The position numbers and the translations under genes were made by a program. A stretch of 64,000 nt of DNA from Bacillota bacterium (GTDB taxonomy: Bacteria > Bacillota > Sulfobacillia > RBS10-35 > JAJYVN01). The stretch spans positions 100,072-164,071 of the forward strand of contig JAJZXK010000001.1 of the NCBI GenBank assembly GCA_021806565.1. Reading direction: 5' to 3'. Below the pieces are notes generated by a model. It had not been told where the DNA came from. It saw only the letters and a list, made by a program, of their open reading frames with translations, and made no database searches. Below, in pieces: positions 19,380-27,679 of this stretch (within the stretch, counting starts at the first letter, position 1; each line of letters begins with the position of its first letter).

Positions 19380-20444
19380 GTGTGTGTGTGGGCGGACCTG
19401 GCGCGTCTGCACCGGGGGCCCCGACATCAAGCCGCTCGCGCCCGGTGGACCCGCCTTGAATGGATGGCCGGTGCTGCGTCCTCCGCCAACCGGTGTCGGT
19501 TGCCTTGGGACGGGTCCTGCGGCCGCACCGCCCGTGGCGGGCGGGTGACCACAGGTGATCGACCGGCGACACGGCGTCCGCAAAGGCCGCCGCCGACACC
19601 CGCCGGCGGGGTGCCCGCCGTGGTTACCAACGACCATGTGGTTGCAGGTGCGCAGCGGCTCTGGGCGACCCTGGCAAGTGGCCGCACCGTGCCCGCGGTG
19701 CTGGTCGGCGCGGACCCGGCGACGGACGTCGCGGTGCTGCGGGTCGCCATCGGGCGGCCCACACCGGCGGCGCGATTCGCCATGCGGTCCATGGTGGTAC
19801 CCGGCCAAACCGCGGTGGCGATCGGTAACCCGCTGGGTCCCCGCTACGCCCTCACCCTGACCCAGGGGGTGGTCAGCGCCGTGCGGCCGATGTTGTATGG
19901 GGTGGGAACGCACGGCCAGAGGGTGACCACGATGATCCAAACGGACACTCCACTCAACCCGGGAAGTTCGGGTGGGCCCCTGCTCAACCGCCACGGACGC
20001 GTGATCGGCATCAACAGCGTGAAGGTCGTTCAGGCACAGCCGGGGTTGGCGGCGGCCGGCCTGGCGTTCGCCATTCCGTCGGCGACCGTGATGGCGGTCG
20101 CCAAGGCGCTGCTCGCCCACGGCTATGTGCCGCGGGCATGGTTGGGCGCGTGCCTGACGCCGCTGCCACCCTCGGTGCTGCCCGGGCAGGCACAGGCTTT
20201 GGTGCTGGGCGGTCTGCTGCCCCAGGGACCGGCAGACCGCGCCGGCCTGCGTGCCGGTGATGCGCTGGTGGCGTGGGACGGCGTCCCGCTGGCCGACCAG
20301 TTGGCGCTGGTGCGGCGGTTGAACGGGGCGCGGCCCGGGGCCGGGGTGCAACTGACGGTGCTGCGCGATGGTGGACTCCGGCGCGTGCGATTGACGCTTG
20401 GCATTGGCCCGGAACCCTCCCTGACCTGTCCGCGGGTGGGGTAG
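19380..20444 (+). CDS. trypsin-like serine protease with C-terminal PDZ (HtrA/DegP family), N-terminal region atypical/possibly truncated
   Basis: Catalytic triad context VVTNDHVV (His), DVAVLRV (Asp), NPGSSGGPLLN (Ser). PDZ region (LGGLLPQGPADRAGLRAGDALVAWDG). No signal peptide or TM in frame upstream of VVTNDHVV; the first ~80 codons (GTG start) look non-genic. Confidence 0.7.
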   Translation: MCVWADLARLHRGPRHQAARARWTRLEWMAGAASSANRCRLPWDGSCGRTARGGRVTTGDRPATRRPQRPPPTPAGGVPAVVTNDHVVAGAQRLWATLASGRTVPAVLVGADPATDVAVLRVAIGRPTPAARFAMRSMVVPGQTAVAIGNPLGPRYALTLTQGVVSAVRPMLYGVGTHGQRVTTMIQTDTPLNPGSSGGPLLNRHGRVIGINSVKVVQAQPGLAAAGLAFAIPSATVMAVAKALLAHGYVPRAWLGACLTPLPPSVLPGQAQALVLGGLLPQGPADRAGLRAGDALVAWDGVPLADQLALVRRLNGARPGAGVQLTVLRDGGLRRVRLTLGIGPEPSLTCPRVG

Positions 20445-20522
20445 GGCGTGCGTCCAGCCGTCCCGGTCGCGCTGGCGTCTCGGTGGCGGTGGCCGTTATG
20501 CTGCCAAAAAGGGGGGGGCGTC

Positions 20523-22325
20523 GTGGGGCGCATCCAGGTGCTTCCGGCGGCGGTCGCCCAGCGCATCGCGGCCGGGGAGGTCATCGAACGGCCGGCCTCG
20601 GTGGTCAAAGAGTTGTGCGAGAACGCGCTGGACGCCGGGGCCCGCCGCATCCGGGTCGACCTCACGGCGGGCGGCTGTGCGGCCGTCATCGTGGGTGACG
20701 ACGGCGGCGGCATGGAGCCCGAGGACGCCGTGCTTGCCTTCGCCCGCCACGCGACGAGCAAGCTGCAGCGCTTCGAGGATCTGGCCGGGCTGCACACGCT
20801 GGGCTTCCGGGGAGAGGCCCTGCCAAGCATCGCCGCCGTGGCCCACGTCTGTCTGACCACGCGCCCACCGCAGGCCTCGGCGGGGACCGAGGTGCGGATT
20901 GACGGGGGCGGCCGCCCCCAATCCCGCGAGGTCGGAGCCGCGCCGGGAACGCTGGTGGCCGTGCGCGACCTGTTCTACAACGTACCCGCCCGGCGCGCCG
21001 CCCTGCGCCGGGCGGCTTCAGAGCGGGCCGCCGTGGTGGACGCGGTGACCGCCGCCGCCTTGGCGCGTCCAGACGTCGCCTTCAGCGTCCATGACGACGA
21101 ACGAGAGTTTCTTGCCACCCCAGGGGACGGAGACCTGATGTCCGCGGCCGTGGCGCTTTGGGGACCGGATGTGGCGGCGGGTTTGCTGCAGGTCGCGGAG
21201 GCGGCCGATGGCTGGGTGGTCGACGGGCTGTGCGGCAAGCCCTCCGTGGCCCGCGGCAATCGAGCCCTGCAGTTTTTCGCCGTGGATGGCCGGCCGGTGC
21301 GGGCCGAGCCGGTGCGCGGCCCGGTGGCGGCCGCGTATGCCCACCTGCTGCAGGCCCACCGCTATCCCGTGTTTGTGCTCCACCTGCGCGGTGGCGGCGG
21401 GGGGCTGTATGACGCGAACGTGCACCCGAGCAAGCAGGAGGTTCGCTTCTACCGCAGCGACGCCGTGCACTCCCTCTGCCACCACGCCGTCCGCCAGGCG
21501 TTGCGGACCGCGGAACTGGTCCCGGACCTGCCCCCTTCCGCCGCGGCGGCTTGGGGCGGGGAGACGGCGCGGCCGGTGGTGCCGGATGGCGGGGCGTCCT
21601 ACTGGCCGTCCGGGGCGGGGGTGGCTCCCGAGGCCCGCGCCTTCGCGATGGAGGCGCAGCGTCCTGCGCGGCCCGCTCTCGGCCCCGGATGGGCCGAGGC
21701 CGCCCCAGCGGGTGAGGGCGGCGTGCAGGGATGCGCGGAGGCCGGTTCGGCCGCCGCGACCGGGCGCGACCGGTTGCCGTTCTTGGAGCCGCTCGGCCAG
21801 GTCGGTGCGATGTACGTCGTCGCGGCCGGGGCGGACGGCCTCTATATCCTCGATCAGCACGCCGCCCACGAGCGGATCGCCTTTGAGGTCTTCGGCGGCG
21901 AGCAGGCGCCGCCCGCCCAGATCCTGCTGCAGCCGCTTGCCGTCGACCTCGATCCGCTCCAGTGGGCCCGCTGGGAGGAGCTTGCGGCGGACTTGGCCCG
22001 CCTGGGCTTGGTGAGCGAGGCCTTCGGCGAGTCCACCGTCCTGGTGCGCAGCGTTCCGGCGGGTTTGGAATCGGACCCCGCGGGGGCGCTCCTGCGCGCC
22101 CTGCGGCCGGAGGGCACGGGTGCGCCGGGGATGCTGGCGGCGCGCCGGGCCATGGCGGCCTGCAAGGCGGCGATCAAGGCGGGCCAGACGCTGGGCTATG
22201 CGGACCTGACCGCGCTGCTCTCGCAGTTGGCCGGGTGTGCAGAGCCGTTCACCTGCCCGCACGGCCGGCCGACGTTGTTGCGGCTGGGGCTGGGGGAGCT
22301 TGAGCGCCACTTCGGGCGGCGGTGA
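20523..22325 (+). CDS. mutL: DNA mismatch repair endonuclease MutL
   Basis: GRIQVLPAAVAQRIAAGEVIERPASVVKELCENALDAG GHKL ATPase N-terminus. C-terminal dimerisation/endonuclease region. GTG start at 20523 preceded by AAAAAGGGGGGGG (RBS-like). Confidence 0.92.
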   Translation: MGRIQVLPAAVAQRIAAGEVIERPASVVKELCENALDAGARRIRVDLTAGGCAAVIVGDDGGGMEPEDAVLAFARHATSKLQRFEDLAGLHTLGFRGEALPSIAAVAHVCLTTRPPQASAGTEVRIDGGGRPQSREVGAAPGTLVAVRDLFYNVPARRAALRRAASERAAVVDAVTAAALARPDVAFSVHDDEREFLATPGDGDLMSAAVALWGPDVAAGLLQVAEAADGWVVDGLCGKPSVARGNRALQFFAVDGRPVRAEPVRGPVAAAYAHLLQAHRYPVFVLHLRGGGGGLYDANVHPSKQEVRFYRSDAVHSLCHHAVRQALRTAELVPDLPPSAAAAWGGETARPVVPDGGASYWPSGAGVAPEARAFAMEAQRPARPALGPGWAEAAPAGEGGVQGCAEAGSAAATGRDRLPFLEPLGQVGAMYVVAAGADGLYILDQHAAHERIAFEVFGGEQAPPAQILLQPLAVDLDPLQWARWEELAADLARLGLVSEAFGESTVLVRSVPAGLESDPAGALLRALRPEGTGAPGMLAARRAMAACKAAIKAGQTLGYADLTALLSQLAGCAEPFTCPHGRPTLLRLGLGELERHFGRR

Positions 22326-22379
22326 GGGGGGCGCGGCATTCCGCCCCCCCCAGGGCGCCGGCTGGACGCATCGCCGCCC

Positions 22380-23072
22380 CTATACTGCGGATCCACCGAA
22401 CGGACCGTTGACCGGAAACTCCACCGGCGGCGGGGTCGGGGTCGTGGTGGGCGGCACCGGAGCGCATTGCGGCGGATACAGCGGGACGGGCGGGCAGGTG
22501 AAGGGGGCCGCGGGCGAAACGACACACGGAGCCGGAACGCAGAAGCCGTAGTTGGGCACGAGCAGGTTGACCAGCGCCACCGACTGGATCAGCAGGCAGA
22601 TGCTGACGTTGCAGCAGACGTCGCCGTTGAGGATGGCGCACGGACCCACCGCCGTGGCCGGGGCCTGGCAGTTGATGCTCACCCCGTCCGGCGCGCAGAT
22701 GGTGATCGTGGTGAAGAAGGAGAACTGGCCGGTGAACGTGCAAAGGGTTTCTCCATCTGGCGCCGTCACGGTGAACGACAGGGTTACGGTGACCAGGAGG
22801 GTGACGTTGGCAAACCCGGTGGGCTGGCCGCTGGAGTTTAGGATCGGCACGATGCTCGATGTGGTGCAGGTCACCGAGGTCACGGTGCCGACCGCGGTGC
22901 TGCCCGGGGGAACCTCACCGCAGCTGGGCGGTAGCGCAAAGCAGATGTTGTCACGCGTGATGGTTTGGAAGCAGAAGTCGTAGATCTTGTTGACCTGGAT
23001 GCAGTCGATGCTGCTGGGTGGCGGGCATCCGATCTCGGGACAACACGGCCCGGGTACGATCTGATCCGACAT
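22380..23072 (-). CDS. cysteine-rich hypothetical protein (approx. 25 Cys in 230 aa; Thr/Val/Pro-rich), possible spore-coat/structural protein
   Basis: ORF starting MSDQIVPGPCCPEIGCPPPSSIDCIQVNKIYDFCFQ... with repeated C/CC, T/V-rich beta-like stretches and a Pro/Thr-rich C-terminus (PPQCAPVPPTTTPTPPPVEF). No signal peptide. The supplied 417-aa ORF extends spuriously antisense into miaA. Confidence 0.5.
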   Translation of the reverse strand: MSDQIVPGPCCPEIGCPPPSSIDCIQVNKIYDFCFQTITRDNICFALPPSCGEVPPGSTAVGTVTSVTCTTSSIVPILNSSGQPTGFANVTLLVTVTLSFTVTAPDGETLCTFTGQFSFFTTITICAPDGVSINCQAPATAVGPCAILNGDVCCNVSICLLIQSVALVNLLVPNYGFCVPAPCVVSPAAPFTCPPVPLYPPQCAPVPPTTTPTPPPVEFPVNGPFGGSAV

Positions 23073-23144
23073 GGTCCGGTATCCCTCCTTTGTGGGGTCG
23101 CGCCACACCGCGCGCTCGTTCCCCACGCCTCTGGCGCAGCGTAT

Positions 23145-24113
23145 CCGGAGGTGGATCTGCTCGTGCGACCTTCCCGGGCGGGCGTGGCTCCGATCCTGGT
23201 GCTGGCGGGTCCGACGGCCGTCGGGAAGTCGGAGCTTGCCGTCGCGCTGTGCACCGAGATCGGCGGTGAGGTCCTGAGTGCGGATTCTGCCGCCGTCTAC
23301 CGCGGCCTGGAAATCGGCACCGCCAAGCCGAGCCCTTCGGAACGGGCCGCCGTGCCGCACCACCTCCTGGACCTGCGCGCTCCCGATGAGCCGTTCACCG
23401 CGGCGGAGTACCGTGAGGTGGCGCGGGTCTCGCTGGCGCAGGTGCGGGCCCGGGGACGGATCCCCGTCGTGGTGGGCGGCACCGGTCTCTATATCCGGGT
23501 CGCCCTGGCCCACAGCGGGGTGCCGCCCGTGCCGCCGGATCCGCGCTTGCGGCGGGAACTCGAGGCGCGCCCACCGCAGCATCTGTATGCGGAACTCCTG
23601 CGCGTGGATCCCCGTGCCGCCGCGGGGATCCATCCGGCCAACACCCGCCGCGTGGTGCGGGCGCTGGAGGTGTTTCTCCTTTCTGGCCGGCCGATTTCAG
23701 AGCATTGGGAAGAAGGGCGGCCACGCCTACCGGCCTGCCTCTTGGTGATCGACCGGCCGCAGCCCGTGCTGCGTGAGCGCATCGCCGCCCGCGTGGCCTC
23801 CATGCTGCGCCTGGGCTTGGTGGCCGAGGTCGAGGGACTGCTTGTGGCCGGTGTGTCCCCGCGGGCGCAATCGCTGTCGGCACTCGGTTACCGCCAGGTG
23901 GTGCAGTGCCTGCGGGGTGAGGCGCCGGCGGCGGATTTGGAGGCCTCGATCGTGCGGGCGACCGTGCGCTACGCCCGCAGACAGCGATCCTGGTTTCGTT
24001 CCGAACCCGATGCCCAGTGGTTGGATGCGGGAGCGGGGCCGGCCGTCGCCCTGCTGCCGCAGTTGCGGGCCCTCTGGTCCAAGTGGTGCCGCATGCGCCA
24101 GCTCGGGACCTGA
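23145..24113 (+). CDS. miaA: tRNA dimethylallyltransferase MiaA
   Basis: P-loop LVLAGPTAVGKSELAVAL. Conserved EVLSADSAAVYRGLEIGTAKPS and subsequent IPT motifs. GTG start ~23145-23163. Confidence 0.88.
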   Translation, partial: PEVDLLVRPSRAGVAPILVLAGPTAVGKSELAVALCTEIGGEVLSADSAAVYRGLEIGTAKPSPSERAAVPHHLLDLRAPDEPFTAAEYREVARVSLAQVRARGRIPVVVGGTGLYIRVALAHSGVPPVPPDPRLRRELEARPPQHLYAELLRVDPRAAAGIHPANTRRVVRALEVFLLSGRPISEHWEEGRPRLPACLLVIDRPQPVLRERIAARVASMLRLGLVAEVEGLLVAGVSPRAQSLSALGYRQVVQCLRGEAPAADLEASIVRATVRYARRQRSWFRSEPDAQWLDAGAGPAVALLPQLRALWSKWCRMRQLGT

Positions 24114-24278
24114 CCGCGCCCGTCGCCACGCCGTCGGTCAAGGGGGGCCGCAGGCATGAGGGAGCCCACGCGGGTGGGGCCCGGGGCGCGCTGTGCGACG
24201 GGTCGCTGGGCCGCAGGGCGGGTCCGCACGGGGCGGTGGTGCGTAGCATGGTCGGCGCAGGGGGTGGCGCCCGTGGTG

Positions 24279-25223
24279 ATGCGACCCTCGGCCTTTGCCG
24301 CGCCGACGGCCCTCAGGAACGCGCAGGTCGCCGATCCCCGCGAGGAGGTCCCGGACGCGGCGGCGGTGTTGCGCGAACTCGATGGTCTGGTGGGGCTGAT
24401 GCAGGTCAAGGCGACCGTGCGGGAGTTGGCCGCGTACGCGACGGTGCAACGCTGGCGGTCCGCCGCCGGCCTGCGGGCGGACGGGCTTGTCTTGCACATG
24501 GCGTTTCGTGGCAATCCGGGCACCGGCAAGACGACGGTGGCGCGGCTCCTGGGCCGCCTGCTGCACGGACTGGGATTCTTGGAACGAGGCCACCTGGTGG
24601 AGGCCGAACGTGCAGATCTGGTGGGCGAATACGTCGGACATACGGCCGCGCGCACCCGAGATCTGGTCGGCCGTGCCTCTGGCGGTGTGCTGTTCGTCGA
24701 TGAGGCGTACTCACTGAATCGCGGCGGCGACAAGGACTTCGGCCGCGAGGCCACCGACGTGCTCGTGAAGGCGATGGAGGACCGGCGCTCGGCGTTGGTC
24801 GTCATCCTGGCCGGCTACCGCGACGAGATGGACCGCTTTCTGCGCAGCAATCCGGGGTTGCGCTCGCGCATCCCGTTGCAACTCGACTTTCCCGATTACA
24901 GCCTCGATGAGTTGCTGCGGATCGCCGATCAGATGTTGACTGAGCGCCAGTATCGGGCCTGCCCGGCGGCACGGGCCCGACTGCGGGAACTTCTGGCCGG
25001 CCCGCTGGGTCGGGCGGCGACCGCGACCGGCAACGCCCGGTTGGTCCGCAACCTCCTGGAGCGCGCGCTACGCCATCAGGCGATGCGCCTAGTCCGTGGC
25101 GGTACACCTGCGGACGTCCCGTCCGCCCAGGGGCTGATGGAGTTGCTCGCCGCGGACCTGGAAGGGGTACTGCGTCCTCAGGACGGACCCATCCCACTTG
25201 TCCCGCCTGGGATGCACGCATAG
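24279..25223 (+). CDS. AAA+ ATPase, SpoVK/CbxX family
   Basis: LDGLVGLMQVKATVRELAAYATVQ... Walker A GNPGTGKTTVARLL, Walker B VLFVDEAYSL, arginine finger region. Typical stage V sporulation protein K / CbxX architecture, ~314 aa. Confidence 0.8.
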   Translation: MRPSAFAAPTALRNAQVADPREEVPDAAAVLRELDGLVGLMQVKATVRELAAYATVQRWRSAAGLRADGLVLHMAFRGNPGTGKTTVARLLGRLLHGLGFLERGHLVEAERADLVGEYVGHTAARTRDLVGRASGGVLFVDEAYSLNRGGDKDFGREATDVLVKAMEDRRSALVVILAGYRDEMDRFLRSNPGLRSRIPLQLDFPDYSLDELLRIADQMLTERQYRACPAARARLRELLAGPLGRAATATGNARLVRNLLERALRHQAMRLVRGGTPADVPSAQGLMELLAADLEGVLRPQDGPIPLVPPGMHA

Positions 25224-25981
25224 GAGTCTGATGCAAGAGAGCTTGGCGCGCGGCGCAGATACTAGATGTGGTATGTCCGCGCCGCTAGGAAACGTGCACC
25301 TGGTGTCTAGTCTCGGCTACAGGGGCCTTTTGCATCGGACTCATAGGGGGTGGACCGGCAGGAGCGGTTTTCCTGGTCTGGAACCCCCGCCCCCAGGAGA
25401 CCCCGTACCCGGAGCGGGTCCGCCATGCCCTGGACGGCACGGCCCGGAGTTGGCCTGAGCGGAGCCTGGCGAGGCCGCCGGCGGCTCGATGGACCCGTGG
25501 CATCCGCTGGATGCCCCGCGGGTGGTCACGGGCCGGTCTGCGGGCGCGGCGGACGGTTGAGCGCCGTGGCGAGGATGGGCGGAACCGCGATGCACCCTTT
25601 CGGGGTAACCTCGTCTTCGGCGCGGTGTTCGCCACAGGAGGCTGCGTCCACGCGGCCGAGCGGCGGGTCGGGGCGGAGCACAAGCCGGTTCCGGTGCTGC
25701 GGCTTCCATGGGGCGCGGGCATCCGGCGCGGCGGCCGTCGCACACGTACGTGCGGCTGTGGGGCGGGGCCGTCGCCGCGTGTGGCGCCGGTAGGCCGGAG
25801 CCTCAGGGACCGCGGCGGTATCGGCTGAGGTAACCAGGGGCAGGCCGGGATCGAGGTGGCGGGCCGGGCCCGGCGGTGCTGGGGGAGGCGCCAACTGGCG
25901 ACCCGGCTCCCTCCGACCTTGTCGGGTGCCGGCGGCGATCGGGTGTGTGTCCATGAGCGCGAACGGTAAGGAGGGCACCTG

Positions 25982-27493
25982 TTGTCGCAAGCGGCTTGGG
26001 AACGGGTGGAGGCGGTTTGGGCTGAGGTGGCGGACCTCTCCCACGCCCTGGCGGTCCTGTCATGGGATGAGTTGGTCAACCTGCCTCCCGGCGGCGCTGC
26101 CGCGCGCGCGGAGCAGAAGGCGACGATCGGGCGCTTGATCCACCAGCGACTGGCGGACCCGGGCTTGGAGGACGACCTAAAGGCCGTTGCTGCCCTGGGC
26201 GGGCATTCGCCACGGCAGAGAGCCTGGCTGCGACTGGCGGAGGCGGAACAGAACCGGGCGGTGCGTGTGCCGGCCGATCTGGTGGTCGCCCTTTCCCGGG
26301 CTGAAAGCGACGGGTACGTTCGGTGGCTCGAGGCGCGCGAACATCGCGACTTTTCCCGGTTTTCCCCCGCCCTGGCGCGGCTGATCGCCCTGCGGCGCCA
26401 GGAGGGGCAGGCTCTGGCGCAGGACGGCGCCGACCCGTACGCCGCCCTGTTGGACCAATACGAACCAGGGGCAAACGTTCAGAGCGTGGCGGCCCTGCTG
26501 GCGGATCTGCGCGCGGCGTTGGTGCCGCTGGTGGCCCAGGTGGCGCAGCGCCCGCCGCTGGACCCGAGTGCGCTACGGCGTGCGGTGCCGGTGGATGATC
26601 AGTTGCGCTGCGGCGATCTGGCGGCTGCGGCCATCGGGTTCGACGCGCACCGGGGCCGGCGCGACCGGTCGGTCCATCCCTTCAGCACCGGCCTGGGGGC
26701 CGGGGATGTCCGCATCACGACGCGGATCGACCCGTCCGACTTCGCCTCCGGGTTTTTCGCCACACTGCACGAGACGGGACACGCCTTGCAGGATCAGGGC
26801 ATCCCGGACCACTGGTGGCGCGGTCCGGGGGTTAGCTCGACCCGTCTGATCGGTTCGCATGGTGTCGCCGAGTCGCAGTCGCGTCTGTGGGAGTGCGGCG
26901 TCGGTCGCAGTCTCGCCTTTTGGGAGCACTGGCTGCCGCAGTTGCAGCGGCAATTGCCGGGGCGGTTCGGCGGGCTGCACCCGCTGGACGCCTACCGCGC
27001 CGCGAACGTGGTGCGCCCGTCGGCGGTGCGGGTCACGGCGGACGAGTTGACGTACAACCTGCACATCGCGCTGCGTTTTGAGCTCGAACGCGCCCTGGTG
27101 GGCGGCGACCTGCCGGTCGCAGAGTTGCCGGAGGCGTGGAACCGGCAGATGGATTCCCTGCTCGGGGTTCGGCCGGCCGACGATTTGGAGGGGTGCCTCC
27201 AGGATGTGCACTGGTCCTCCGGCTCGTTTGGCTACTTCCCGACCTACACGCTGGGAAACCTCCTCGCGGCGCAGTTGCTCGAGGCGGCCGAGCGGCGGTT
27301 GGGCCGGGTGGACGATCTGGTGCGGGCCGGCAGCTTCTCGCCGCTGCTCGAATGGTTGCGCGAGCACGTTCACCACCGCGGGCCCGAGTGCACCCCGGCC
27401 GAGTTGATCGAACGGGCTACCGGCGGCCCGCTCGCGGCCGATGCCTACCTCAGGGCGATGCGCACCAAGTTCGCGGATCTCTACGGTTTCTGA
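25982..27493 (+). CDS. carboxypeptidase Taq (M32) family metallocarboxypeptidase
   Basis: HETGHALQ (HExxH) zinc site, DPSDFASGFF, YxxxHxxGH context, ~500 aa. TTG start. Confidence 0.85.
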   Translation: MSQAAWERVEAVWAEVADLSHALAVLSWDELVNLPPGGAAARAEQKATIGRLIHQRLADPGLEDDLKAVAALGGHSPRQRAWLRLAEAEQNRAVRVPADLVVALSRAESDGYVRWLEAREHRDFSRFSPALARLIALRRQEGQALAQDGADPYAALLDQYEPGANVQSVAALLADLRAALVPLVAQVAQRPPLDPSALRRAVPVDDQLRCGDLAAAAIGFDAHRGRRDRSVHPFSTGLGAGDVRITTRIDPSDFASGFFATLHETGHALQDQGIPDHWWRGPGVSSTRLIGSHGVAESQSRLWECGVGRSLAFWEHWLPQLQRQLPGRFGGLHPLDAYRAANVVRPSAVRVTADELTYNLHIALRFELERALVGGDLPVAELPEAWNRQMDSLLGVRPADDLEGCLQDVHWSSGSFGYFPTYTLGNLLAAQLLEAAERRLGRVDDLVRAGSFSPLLEWLREHVHHRGPECTPAELIERATGGPLAADAYLRAMRTKFADLYGF

Positions 27494-27679
27494 GCGGCCC
27501 GCCGCGGTCGGTGGCTGGCGGCCCGGATGGGCGCGGTTGCGGCAGGAAACGGAACGTGGATTGGAAACGGAAAGGCGCGGCGCGGGGAGCGCGGTCCGAC
27601 GTCGGGCCGCCTCCCTGGCCAGGGGCGGCCGCGGGGGTGACCGGGCGGATCCTGCCCTGGGGAGAGGAACGGTGAGCGC

